Part shown: positions 1-9,118 of the stretch, piece after piece
Numbering within the stretch: the stretch's first letter is position 1
Layout of the letters: each line of letters opens with the position of its first letter
Assembly: GCA_947458265.1 (NCBI GenBank)
Contig: CANGYF010000004.1
Location: 232,041-296,040, forward strand
Direction: 5' to 3'
From: Betaproteobacteria bacterium
Lineage (GTDB): Bacteria > Pseudomonadota > Gammaproteobacteria > Burkholderiales > CAIKXV01
Length of the DNA: 64,000 nt
The notes under the pieces: generated by a model
Database searches by the model: none
The model's input: the letters and a program-made list of their open reading frames with translations, nothing else
Told to the model about the DNA's origin: nothing
Position numbers and translations under genes: made by a program

Positions 1-810
1 GGCGGCATGTTCACGCTCGCGCTGGCCGCGATCGATATCGCGCTCTGGGACATCAAGGGCAAGGCCCTCGGCCTGCCGGTGTCCACGCTGCTGGGTGGAC
101 ACCGCACCTCGGTGCCCACCTACGCGAGCGGGGCACTGATGCGCCACTTCACGCTCGAGCAGTGCGTGCAGGCGTCGCGTTCGCTGGTCGAGCAGGGCTG
201 GCGGCAGATGAAGACCCAGCTCGCGCTGCCCGGTGACACCACGGCCGCCTTGGAGGAAGAGCGGATTCGTCTGATCCGCGAGGCGATCGGGCCGGATATC
301 GACCTCATGTGCGACATCAACCAGCGCTGGGACGTGCGCCAGGCGATCTCGCTCGGCCAGCGTGTCGAGCAGTACGGGCTGTACTGGCTGGAAGATGTCG
401 TCGCGCACGACGACTACCCGGGCATGGCCGAGGTGGCGCGCACGCTCAAGACGCCCCTGGCAGCCGGCGAGTACGTCTACGGCTCGGTGCCGTTCCGGCA
501 CATGCTCGAGGCGCGCTCGGTGGATATCGTGATGATCGACGTGCTGCGTGCCGGTGGCATCACCACCTGGCTGAAGATTGCCGGCATGGCACAGGCGTTC
601 AACCTGCCGGTGGTCAGCCACCTGCTGCCCGAGGTGCATGTGCACCTGGTATCGGCGATCCCGAACGGACTGACGGTCGAGTACATGCCGTGGTCCTGCC
701 CCCTGTTCCGCGAAGTGCCGACCATGAAGGATGGCATGCTGGCGGTGCCGCAGAAGGTCGGGCTCGGGCTGGAGTTCGACGACGACGTGCTGGCGCGCTG
801 CGCCGGCTGA
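1..810 (+). CDS. Enolase-superfamily enzyme (mandelate racemase/muconate lactonizing enzyme family), 5' end cut by window edge
   Basis: Frame 1 is open from nt 1. 'AAIDIALWDIKGKALGLPVSTLLGG' and 'DLMCDINQRWD...YGLYWLEDV' match MR/MLE barrel-domain motifs. Stop at 808-810. Confidence 0.85.
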   Translation, partial: GGMFTLALAAIDIALWDIKGKALGLPVSTLLGGHRTSVPTYASGALMRHFTLEQCVQASRSLVEQGWRQMKTQLALPGDTTAALEEERIRLIREAIGPDIDLMCDINQRWDVRQAISLGQRVEQYGLYWLEDVVAHDDYPGMAEVARTLKTPLAAGEYVYGSVPFRHMLEARSVDIVMIDVLRAGGITTWLKIAGMAQAFNLPVVSHLLPEVHVHLVSAIPNGLTVEYMPWSCPLFREVPTMKDGMLAVPQKVGLGLEFDDDVLARCAG

Positions 811-909
811 TGCCACGACCGCCGCCCCTCGACAGGGTGGCGGCATCGAACGATCCGCGGCAGCACAGGCCACAGAAGCCTGGCAGGGCCGCACCGGAGG
901 AGAAGCAGC

Positions 910-1935
910 ATGAAGCACACCATCATCCGCGCGTGCGCCGCCACCGGCGCTGGCCTTCGCCATGCGGCATTACCCCTGGCCCTGGCGGTCCTGTCCATTG
1001 GCGCGGGTATCCCCTCGGCCGCGATGGCACAGCGGGGCGAGGCGTATCCCACGAAGCCGATCCGCCTCGTGGTGCCTTTCGCGGCCGGTGGTGGCACCGA
1101 CATGGTCGGACGGGTGATGGCACCCCGGCTCGCCGAGCGGCTCGGGCGCCCGGTACTGGTCGAGAACCGCGGCGGGGCCGGCGCGGTGATCGGCACCACG
1201 CTGGTCGCACGGGCGATACCCGATGGCTACACGCTGCTGGTGGTCGATACCGCGCACACGATCCAGCCGGTGCTGCAGAAGCTCGAGTACGACCCGGTGA
1301 AGTCGTTCTCGCTGATCGCCTCGCTGGTGAAGGGCGATACGGTGCTCACCGTGCCGGCCAGCCTGCCTGCCAACACGCTGCAGGATTTCATCGCGCTCGC
1401 GCGCCAGAAGCCAGGCACGCTGGTCGCCGGCACCGCCGGGCTGGGCAGCAGCGGGCACATGGGCGTCGAGCTGTTCAAGGTGATGTCGAAGATCGACATC
1501 GTGGTCGCGCACTACAAGGGTGGCGGGGCGGCGACCTCCGACCTGCTCGGCGGGCAGATCCACATGTCCAGCATCACCATACAGGCGGTGATCCCGCATG
1601 CGAAGGCGGGCCGGTTGCGCGGCCTGGGTGTCGGTGGAGCGACGCGCAGCCCACTGATGCCCGAGGTGCCGACGGTGGAGGAGTCCGGCCTGCCCGGGTA
1701 CCTGACCACCGGTTGGCGCGGGCTGGTCGGCCCGGCAGGCGTGCCTGCCGCGATCGTGCAGCGTCTCACCGGCGAGGTACGCACCATCCTCGCCTCCGAG
1801 GAGGTGAAGGCGCATTTCGTGAACAACGGAATGGAGGCGGACTATCGGAGCCCGCGCGAGTTCGCCACCTACATCGGCGACGAAATGCGGCGCTGGCAGG
1901 CGGTGGTGCAGAAGGCGAACATCCGGCTGGAGTGA
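910..1935 (+). CDS. Bug/TctC-family periplasmic substrate-binding protein (tripartite tricarboxylate transporter receptor)
   Basis: Signal peptide, then 'YPTKPIRLVVPFAAGGGTDMVGR' and 'HYKGGGAATSDLLGGQI', both typical Bug-family motifs. ATG at 910. Confidence 0.9.
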   Translation: MKHTIIRACAATGAGLRHAALPLALAVLSIGAGIPSAAMAQRGEAYPTKPIRLVVPFAAGGGTDMVGRVMAPRLAERLGRPVLVENRGGAGAVIGTTLVARAIPDGYTLLVVDTAHTIQPVLQKLEYDPVKSFSLIASLVKGDTVLTVPASLPANTLQDFIALARQKPGTLVAGTAGLGSSGHMGVELFKVMSKIDIVVAHYKGGGAATSDLLGGQIHMSSITIQAVIPHAKAGRLRGLGVGGATRSPLMPEVPTVEESGLPGYLTTGWRGLVGPAGVPAAIVQRLTGEVRTILASEEVKAHFVNNGMEADYRSPREFATYIGDEMRRWQAVVQKANIRLE

Positions 1936-1956
1936 CGCCCCCCGGCCGGGCCGTGT

Positions 1957-2958
1957 TCAGCGCCCACAGCCCTCGTTCAGGTCCGTCGCCTCGATCACGC
2001 CGATGCCGAACTTGGCCTCGAACGCGCGATGCTGCTCGGGCGAGAGGGGCGCCGATGCACAACGGCAGAAGCGTATCGCCGAGACGTCCAGGCCGATCGC
2101 CCGCGGCTGCGGGCCGTCCAGCAGGCTGTCGATGATCGCCGGCACCACGTTGATCCAGGTGCAGTGGTGGCTGGCGGCCAGTTGCCAGAAGCTTGACGCC
2201 GAGAACCGGTGCGGCATCACCACCGATCCGCCATGCACCAGGGGCGCGACGGTGGTCACGATCTGCCCGTTGACGGGGTCGAGCGGCAGTGCGCACAGCA
2301 CGCGGTCGGTGGCCCCGAGCGCATGGGCATCGGAGGTGGACATTCCGCCGCAGACCAGCGCACGATGGGTCTGGACGACTGCCGTGGGTACGCCGCTGGT
2401 GCCCGAGGTGTACATCAGCAGCGCCTCGTCGGATTCGGCGACCGGCGGTAGCGGAACGTGCGCGATGTACGGATCGTCGAAGATGTCGATCTGGTCCGGG
2501 TTGAGCGGGAACAGCGCGATGTCGCGCTCGCCCGAGGCGGTGATCTGCTCCAGCGGGACGCGCAGCCGGTCGACGAACTCGTGCGCGCAGAACACCAGGC
2601 GCGTGTCCGAGTGCTCGAGCACGTGCTTCAGTTGCGCCGGCTGCGACATCAGGTCGACAGGCTGCACGCGCAGGCCCGCGTACATGATGCCGACCAGCAG
2701 CCGTGCCGTCTGGTAGCCGTCGTGCATCATCAGCGACACGGTTTCGCCCGGGGACAGCCCGTTCATCAGCAGCACCCGGGCGAGTTCGCGGCAATGCTCC
2801 TGCAACTTCGCGTACGTCATCACGGCCCCGGTCTCGGGTGCGATCAGCCACGGCGCCTGCGGCGTCTCGTCGGCCCAGCGGTCGACGAAATGGCGGATGG
2901 TGAGCGCGCCGCCGCTCGTTCCGGACGGATGCCTTTCTGCTTGATGAACCGTGCCCAA
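1957..2958 (-). pseudogene. AMP-dependent synthetase/ligase (acyl-CoA synthetase-like), N-terminal ~330 aa only
   Basis: The AMP-binding motif 'LMYTSGTSGVPTAV' is present. The ORF ends at '...FGIGVIEATDLNEGCGR', where the GYGxTE region normally sits. No C-terminal subdomain exists in any frame before the converging Bug gene (stop 1935). Only a TTG start is available. Confidence 0.55.
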
Positions 2959-3206
2959 GGCTTCAACTCCTCGCGTGTCTGCTCGCCGAACTGTTCGGGT
3001 CTGTCGTCGACCGGATCTGCGCCCTTGTACGGCACATCGGGCGGGCAGCTTCCCATAAGCCCGCGTCTGCGAAGCCCACGTCGGCGATGTCCACCCCGGT
3101 CGGCACGGGCACGGCTGATCCGGGCATCCGTGGCATCATCGAGGGCTCGCAGGTCCTGCCTGGCCGCAGGACCGCGCTCCTGAACGAACCTGCCGGGACT
3201 CCGCCG

Positions 3207-4361
3207 ATGAACGCACCCGCCCCCTCCCTTGCGCCCGACTGGGCCGCGCTGCGCCGCGAGTTCCCGACCCTGGAGCGCTGGACCTACCTCGACGCTGCGC
3301 GCAAGACACCGCTGGCACGCTGCGCCGAGCGTGCGATGCAGGAGTACACCCGGGACATCTACGAGGACGCCGGTGCGGAGGCGTGGAACAGCGCGAACGT
3401 CGGGCGCACGCGCACGCTGCTCGCGCAACTGCTCGGCTGCACGCCGACCTCGCTGGCGTTCACGAAGAACACCGCCGAGGGCCTGGCGATCGCCGCGCAT
3501 GCCTTCGAGCTGCGCGCCGGCGACAACATCCTGCTGACCGACATGGAGCATGTGGTCAACCTCTGGGTGTGGAAGCACTACGAGGCCAAGGGCGTCGAGA
3601 TCCGCAAGGTCGAGAGCCGCGACGGCCGCATGCCGATCGAGGCCTACCTCGAGAAGATCGACGCGCGCACCCGGTTGATCTCCACCGCCTACGTCACCTA
3701 CGCCAATGGCTGGCGTATCGATGTCGACGCGCTCGCCGAAGAATGCCGCAAGCGCGACATCCGGCTGGTGCTCGACGGAGTGCAGGGCGCGGGCATGCTC
3801 GCCCGGCGCATCGATTCGCTCGGTGCGGACTTCGTCGCCATCGGCGCGCACAAGAGCCTGCAGGGTCTCACCGGCACCGGCGTGGTCTGGTGCCGCGACG
3901 AACTGGTGAACGAGATTCGCACCGAGTTCGTCCGATCGCCGCAGATCATGAAGGGTGCCGACATCGGCCAGTTCGACTATGTCGTCGAGCAGCACCGCTT
4001 CGAGGCCGGGAACCCGAACTTCCTCGGGCTGTGGGTGCTTCGTCGCTCGGCCGAGTGGCTGCTGTCGATCGGGCTGCCGGCGATCGAGGGCCGGGTGCGC
4101 GACCTCACCGAGTCACTGCTCGACCGCGTCGAACGCGCCGGCATCCGCACGCAGACCTCGCGCGACTGGAACCGCCGCTGCCATATCGTCAACCTCGTCG
4201 TGCCCGATGCGCTCGCCCTGCAGAAGCAGCTGCGCGAGCGCAACATCGTGGTCAACGTGAAGGATGACAAGCTGCGTGCATCGGTGTCCTTCTACAACGA
4301 GGAGGCTGACCTCGACGTGCTGATGGACGCCCTCGCCGAACTGGGCGCCACCGCGCGCTGA
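3207..4361 (+). CDS. Class V aminotransferase / cysteine-desulfurase-like PLP enzyme
   Basis: 'FPTLERWTYLDAARKTPL' N-terminus and 'DFVAIGAHKSLQGLTGTGVVW' (PLP-lysine region) are typical of class V aminotransferases. Start chosen at the internal ATG (MNAPAPS). Confidence 0.8.
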   Translation: MNAPAPSLAPDWAALRREFPTLERWTYLDAARKTPLARCAERAMQEYTRDIYEDAGAEAWNSANVGRTRTLLAQLLGCTPTSLAFTKNTAEGLAIAAHAFELRAGDNILLTDMEHVVNLWVWKHYEAKGVEIRKVESRDGRMPIEAYLEKIDARTRLISTAYVTYANGWRIDVDALAEECRKRDIRLVLDGVQGAGMLARRIDSLGADFVAIGAHKSLQGLTGTGVVWCRDELVNEIRTEFVRSPQIMKGADIGQFDYVVEQHRFEAGNPNFLGLWVLRRSAEWLLSIGLPAIEGRVRDLTESLLDRVERAGIRTQTSRDWNRRCHIVNLVVPDALALQKQLRERNIVVNVKDDKLRASVSFYNEEADLDVLMDALAELGATAR

Positions 4362-4432
4362 CCATTCGTTTACATCGTTCCATCCCTGCCGGTGCCCCGG
4401 TGCCGGCGACCCATCGACCACGGAGAAACCGC

Positions 4433-4726
4433 ATGGCCAAGGCATACTGGATCGCTTTCTATCGCCAGATCACCAACCCCGAAGCGTTCGCTGCCTATGC
4501 GAAGCTCGCGCCGCCGGCGATCACGGCCGCCGGTGGCCGTTTCGTGGTGCGTGGCAACCCGGCCGCGGTGTTCGAGATGGGCATGGACCAGCGCGTGGTG
4601 ATGATCGAGTTCGACAGCGTCGAGCAGGCGATCGCCGCCCACGACGGCCCGGGATACCAGGCCGCGCTGAAGGAACTCAAGGGCGGCGTCGAGCGCGAGA
4701 TCCGGATCGTCGAAGCGATGGCCTGA
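4433..4726 (+). CDS. DUF1330-domain protein
   Basis: 'MAKAYWIAFYRQITNPEAFAAYAKLAPPAI...GGRFVVRG...VVMIEFDSVEQAIAAHDGPGYQAA' is the characteristic DUF1330 pattern. GGAG lies upstream. Confidence 0.75.
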   Translation: MAKAYWIAFYRQITNPEAFAAYAKLAPPAITAAGGRFVVRGNPAAVFEMGMDQRVVMIEFDSVEQAIAAHDGPGYQAALKELKGGVEREIRIVEAMA

Positions 4727-4845
4727 GTTCGCGGGGGACTGCCCGGAGGGGCCGACTTCGATCTAGACTAGCGGTACGAGGGCGTGCGCACGTCATTCCG
4801 GCGACAGACCGGGCGGCGCAGGTTCCTAACCCGGAGGAGCAGGAC

Positions 4846-5826
4846 ATGGATCGACGATTGGCCCGCATCGGCTGTGCGCTGGTGCCCGCGATGTTCATGC
4901 AGGGGGCATTCGCCCAGGCGTACCCGGTAAAGCCGGTACGCATCCTCGTCGGCTATACGCCGGGTGGCGGCGTCGACACTGCGGCGCGGATCGCCGCGCA
5001 GTCGATGACCGAGGCGTGGAACAGCCAGGTGATCGTCGAGAACCGCCCCGGGGCCGCCGGGAATATCGCGACCGAGATCACCGCGCGCGCGGCCCCCGAC
5101 GGCTATACGATGGTCCTGTGCAACATCGGTTCGCACGGGGTCACGCCGGCCCGCTTCGGCCCGAAGCTGACCTACGACCCGATCGCGGATTTCGCGTTTC
5201 CCGCGCGATTCGGCGGCATGCCGAACGTGCTGATGGTGCATCCCTCGGTCCCGATGAAGGGCTTACGCGACTTCATCGCCTTTGCGCGCAAGCACCCCGG
5301 TAAGCTCAGCTACGGTTCGTCCGGGGTCGGTGCCTCGCCGCACATGTCGATTGAACTCATGCGCTCGGTGACCGGCATCGACATCCTGCATGTGCCCTAC
5401 AAGGGTGCCTCGGCAGCGCTGGCCGATGTGCTCGCCGGCCACCTCGAGGCATCGGTTGGCAACTTCGCGGGGGCACCGCTCAACTCGATCCGCAGTGGTC
5501 GCCTGCGCGCCCTGGGTATCACCTCGGCGCAGCGCAGCACGCAGATGCCCGACATACCGACCTTCCGCGATCAGGGCATCGAGGGCTTCGACGTGACCGG
5601 GTGGTATGGCCTGTGCACTCAGGCGAAGGTGCCCGGCGAAATCATCACCCGCATCAACACCGACATCAACCGCATGCTCGGCACCGGGCAGGCGCTGCGC
5701 AAGCGGCTCGAGGAACAGGGCATCGACATCGCCCCGGCCACGCCTGCCGAGTTCGCCGCGATGGTGAAGCAGGAGATCGCGAAGTGGACGAAGGTGGTAC
5801 GCGACATGAAGCTCGAAGGCGACTGA
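4846..5826 (+). CDS. Bug/TctC-family periplasmic substrate-binding protein
   Basis: 'AYPVKPVRILVGYTPGGGVDTAAR' and 'VPYKGASAALADVLAGHL'. GGAGGAG Shine-Dalgarno before the ATG at 4846. Confidence 0.9.
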   Translation: MDRRLARIGCALVPAMFMQGAFAQAYPVKPVRILVGYTPGGGVDTAARIAAQSMTEAWNSQVIVENRPGAAGNIATEITARAAPDGYTMVLCNIGSHGVTPARFGPKLTYDPIADFAFPARFGGMPNVLMVHPSVPMKGLRDFIAFARKHPGKLSYGSSGVGASPHMSIELMRSVTGIDILHVPYKGASAALADVLAGHLEASVGNFAGAPLNSIRSGRLRALGITSAQRSTQMPDIPTFRDQGIEGFDVTGWYGLCTQAKVPGEIITRINTDINRMLGTGQALRKRLEEQGIDIAPATPAEFAAMVKQEIAKWTKVVRDMKLEGD

Positions 5827-5854
5827 GCAACCAGTCCGGCCCGCGGTGATGCAG

Positions 5855-5890
5855 GTCCCCGGTGCCACGGCATGTCGTGGCACCGGGGAC
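5855..5890. terminator. Perfect 15-bp inverted repeat between convergent genes (bidirectional terminator-like stem-loop)
   Basis: gtccccggtgccacg (5855-5869), 6-nt loop, cgtggcaccggggac (5876-5890). It lies between the stop at 5826 (+) and the stop at 5896 (-). No U-tract. Confidence 0.5.
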
Positions 5891-5895
5891 GAGCA

Positions 5896-6906
5896 TCAGT
5901 TGCCGCGCTCGATCAGCGCCGAGGCCTTGCGCCAGCGTTCGATCTCCCTGCTCACCAGGGCGGCGAACTCCGCTGGCGTCGTCGGCGCCGGCTCCAGCCC
6001 CTGCAGGGCGAGCGCCTCGCGGGTATCCGGCTGTGCCAGCACCTTCAGCGTGCCGGCGTTCAGGCGGTCGAGGATCGCCTTCGGTGTGGCGGCTGGCGCG
6101 AACAGCCCGAACCAGAGGTTGAGTTCGTAGCCGGGGAATCCGGATTCGGCGACGGTCGGCAGTTCCGGCACGAAGGAGGCACGCTTCGCCGAGGTCGAGG
6201 CGAGCGCACGCAGCTTGCCGGCGCGCAGGTGCGGCAGCACCGGTGCCGGCGTGCCGAACAGCAGGTCGATGCGCCCGGCCACCAGGTCGAGCACCGACAG
6301 CGCAGAGCTCTTGTAGGGCACGTGGTTCATGCGCACGCCAGCCATCGACGCGAACAGTGCAGTGCCCAGGTGCGCCAGGCTGGCATTGCCTGCCGAGGCA
6401 TAGTTGATCTGTCCCGGACGGGACTTTGCGTGGGCAACCAGTTCCTTCATCGTCGTGACCGGCACCGACGGATGCACCAGCACGATGTAGGGCGAAATGC
6501 CGAGCAGGGTGACCGGCGCGAAGTCCTTCACCGGGTCGTAGCTGAGCTTCTCGGCCAGGCTCACCGCGACCGCATGGGTGCTGGTGGTGCCGACCAGCGT
6601 GGTGTAGCCGTCCGGAGCCGCGCGTGCGACGATGTCCGCGCCGATGTTGCCGCTGGCGCCGGACCGGTTGTCGATCACCATCTGCTGTCCGAACAGCTCG
6701 GACAGGCGCACGGTGATCACCCGCGTGGCGGCGTCGGCCGAGCTGCCGGGCGGGAAGGGCACTACCACGCGCAGGGGCTTCGCCGGCCATGCGGCGGCAG
6801 GCTGAGCGCAAGCGTTGCCTGCGACAGTCAGGGCGAGAGGGGCTGCCAGAGCGGCCATGGCAGCCATGGCGGCCATGCGGCCGGGTGCAACGCGGATATG
6901 CATCAT
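5896..6906 (-). CDS. Bug/TctC-family periplasmic substrate-binding protein
   Basis: 'WPAKPLRVVVPFPPGSSADAATR' and 'VPYKSSALSVLDLVAGRI'. The ATG at 6904-6906 overlaps the upstream gene's stop (ATGA). Confidence 0.9.
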   Translation of the reverse strand: MMHIRVAPGRMAAMAAMAALAAPLALTVAGNACAQPAAAWPAKPLRVVVPFPPGSSADAATRVITVRLSELFGQQMVIDNRSGASGNIGADIVARAAPDGYTTLVGTTSTHAVAVSLAEKLSYDPVKDFAPVTLLGISPYIVLVHPSVPVTTMKELVAHAKSRPGQINYASAGNASLAHLGTALFASMAGVRMNHVPYKSSALSVLDLVAGRIDLLFGTPAPVLPHLRAGKLRALASTSAKRASFVPELPTVAESGFPGYELNLWFGLFAPAATPKAILDRLNAGTLKVLAQPDTREALALQGLEPAPTTPAEFAALVSREIERWRKASALIERGN

Positions 6907-8009
6907 TTCGACAAGACCTTTCCGAGCCCGGCGAGCAGATCCATGAAGTCGCCAAGAGCGTTGAATCGCGGCTGCGCCGCGGTATGCGGTGTCACCAGCA
7001 CGTTGCGAAAACCGAGCAGCTCTTCGTCATCGCGAGCCGGCTCCTCGTAGGGTACGTCCAGCCCGAGGCCACCGAGGTGTCCGCTGCGCAGCGCTGCCAG
7101 CAGCGCGTCCCGGTCGACCAGTTCCGAGCGGGAAGTGTTGATCAGCACCGCACCCTTCTTCATCGCGGCGATACGCGCGGCGTCCATGAAGCCACGCGTG
7201 CTGTCGCTGTGCGGCAGCTGGATGCTGAGCCAGTCGCTGGTCGCCAGCAGCTCGTCCAGCCCGGCGTACTCGATCGACAGTGCGGATTCCTCGGCGGCAT
7301 CGAGCCGGGTACGCTGGTGGTAGCGAACATGCATGCCGAACGCGGCCGCCCGGGGTGCCAGCTCGCGGCCGATCTCGCCCATGCCCAGCACGCCCAGCGT
7401 ATCGCCCTGCAGGATGCGCAGCCCGCCGATGCCCGCCCAGTTCGAGTTGGCGGTATGCCTACGGTCGTAGGTGCGCGGCTCGAAGCCGGCCTCGCGCAGC
7501 TGGTTCAGGCTGATGCGACCGGCCACCTCGGGCAGCCGTTTCGCCAGCGCGAGCATCAGCATCATCGTGTGCTCGGCGCAGGCGATGTTGGCGCGCCGGC
7601 GCAGCCCCAGCACCGGCAGGTTGCGCGCGCTGCAGGCAGCGGTGTCGATGTTGCGCAGGACCTTGCCGTATTTCTGCACCGCCTGCAGCTTCGGTGCGAC
7701 CGCCAGTTCGGCGGCGCCGATGCGCAGCGACTCGACTACCAGCACGGTCGCCTCGGGTAGCGCTGCCCGCAACGCCTCGTCCGATCCGGCGAGCAGCACG
7801 CGCGAGGGGTAGAGCGGACCAGCCGCCGCGCGCGCCTTCACCAGCCAGCCGTCGAAGTCGGGCAGGTCGAGCGACAGGAAGTGGCGGAAGGCCTCCACCC
7901 GCTGCGGGTCGCAGGCTGGATCGAGGATGACCTGGAGCAGGCGCGGGAACGGGTCATCTTCCACCACCACGAGGTGGCTGGTCGGCAGGGCATTCGCAGC
8001 GGCAGCCAT
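6903..8009 (-). CDS. D-isomer-specific 2-hydroxyacid dehydrogenase family, NAD-binding
   Basis: 'LGVLGMGEIGRELAPRAAAFGMHV' (GxGxxG Rossmann) and 'LINTSRSELVDRDALLAALRSGHLGGLGLDV...LVTPHTA'. The start ATG at 8007-8009 overlaps the yciI-like stop (TGATG). Confidence 0.85.
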   Translation of the reverse strand: MAAAANALPTSHLVVVEDDPFPRLLQVILDPACDPQRVEAFRHFLSLDLPDFDGWLVKARAAAGPLYPSRVLLAGSDEALRAALPEATVLVVESLRIGAAELAVAPKLQAVQKYGKVLRNIDTAACSARNLPVLGLRRRANIACAEHTMMLMLALAKRLPEVAGRISLNQLREAGFEPRTYDRRHTANSNWAGIGGLRILQGDTLGVLGMGEIGRELAPRAAAFGMHVRYHQRTRLDAAEESALSIEYAGLDELLATSDWLSIQLPHSDSTRGFMDAARIAAMKKGAVLINTSRSELVDRDALLAALRSGHLGGLGLDVPYEEPARDDEELLGFRNVLVTPHTAAQPRFNALGDFMDLLAGLGKVLSK

Positions 8010-8323
8010 CAGTTCCCCTCCGCGCTGGCCGGCGCGTTCTCCGGGTGCCACTGGCCCCGGCGCATGCGCGTGATCTTCACCGACCTGAACAGTCCGGCCT
8101 TGCGGAACGGCTCGTTCATCGAGAACGCCTCGGCGTCGGCGAGCGAGGGCACGTTCAGGATCAGCACGCTGCCCAGGCGCGTCGCGCCGTCCTCGGCAAG
8201 CGTCGCCCCACCGAGCACCAGCTTGTCGCGGTGCTGCTCGAGGTAGGCGAAATGCTGTTCCTTGACGCGCGCGCGGATCGCGAGGCTGTCCGGGCCGTCT
8301 TCCTGGTAGATGATGTAGAGCAT
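8009..8323 (-). CDS. YciI-family protein
   Basis: 104 aa. 'HFAYLEQHRDKLVLGGATLAEDG...GSVLILNVPSLADAEAFSMNEPFRKAGLF' is a YciI-like pattern. Confidence 0.75.
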   Translation of the reverse strand: MLYIIYQEDGPDSLAIRARVKEQHFAYLEQHRDKLVLGGATLAEDGATRLGSVLILNVPSLADAEAFSMNEPFRKAGLFRSVKITRMRRGQWHPENAPASAEGN

Positions 8324-8350
8324 GGAGCGTTGTCCGTGGAGGGCAGGGCG

Positions 8351-8893
8351 TCAGCGCGCGGCGGTTGCCGCGCCTTCGATGTCGATGCGCAGTGCGCGCG
8401 CGACCCGGGTATGCATGTTGTAGGCGCTGATCAGGACGGTCAGCTCGACCAGCTGGCGGTCGTCGAAGTGGCGCCGCATGGCCTCGCAGGCGTCATCGCC
8501 CGGTTCGATGTCGCGGGTGATGCCGTCGGCCCAGGCGAGCACCGCCCGTTGTGCGTCGGAGAACAGTGCGCTGTCCGTCCAGTGTGCGATGGCCGCCACC
8601 TGTGCTTCGGTGAGCCCGGCCTTCAGTGCATGGGTCGGGCCGTGCACCTTGAACTGGTAGTCGGCGCCGTTGAGTACCGACACGCGCAGGATCGCCAGTT
8701 CGTTGAAGGCAGCCGGCACCGAGGTGCGATAACGCACCGCAGTGTTGAAGTCGAGCCAGGCGCCGGCCACCGGCGGGCTGTTCAGCAGCACCTTGTAGAG
8801 GTTGATCAGCCTGCCGCCGCGCTCGGCCTTCAGGTGCTCGATGAGTGGTGCCAGTTCGGCATCGTCTTCCCGGATCAGCGGTACACGGGCCAT
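8351..8893 (-). CDS. Carboxymuconolactone decarboxylase (AhpD-like) family protein
   Basis: 180 aa, all-helical, CMD-like: 'YKVLLNSPPVAGAWLDFNTAVRY...LAILRVSVLNGADYQFKVHGPTHALKAGLTEAQV'. Confidence 0.75.
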   Translation of the reverse strand: MARVPLIREDDAELAPLIEHLKAERGGRLINLYKVLLNSPPVAGAWLDFNTAVRYRTSVPAAFNELAILRVSVLNGADYQFKVHGPTHALKAGLTEAQVAAIAHWTDSALFSDAQRAVLAWADGITRDIEPGDDACEAMRRHFDDRQLVELTVLISAYNMHTRVARALRIDIEGAATAAR

Positions 8894-8910
8894 GCAGGGT
8901 CCTTTCGATC

Positions 8911-9039
8911 TCAGTCGGCGCGGATGCGTGCAGTGCGCACGACCTCGGCCCAGCGGGCGATCTCTGCCTTCAGGAATGCGGCGAACTGCTCCGGCGTATT
9001 GCCCACCGGTTCCGCACCCAGCGCGGTCAGCCGGTCGCG
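8911..9039 (-). pseudogene. 3'-terminal remnant of a Bug/TctC-family gene
   Basis: Encodes only '...RDRLTALGAEPVGNTPEQFAAFLKAEIARWAEVVRTARIRAD*', the conserved Bug C-terminus. Fewer than 210 nt separate it from the oxoprolinase stop at 9119, so no N-terminal part can exist. Confidence 0.6.
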
Positions 9040-9118
9040 CATGGATCGTCTTCTGGCTGTTCCGCCCGGGTTGGCGCAGGGCCGCCAGTATAGCGGCTGC
9101 CGTCGTGGCACCGGCGCG

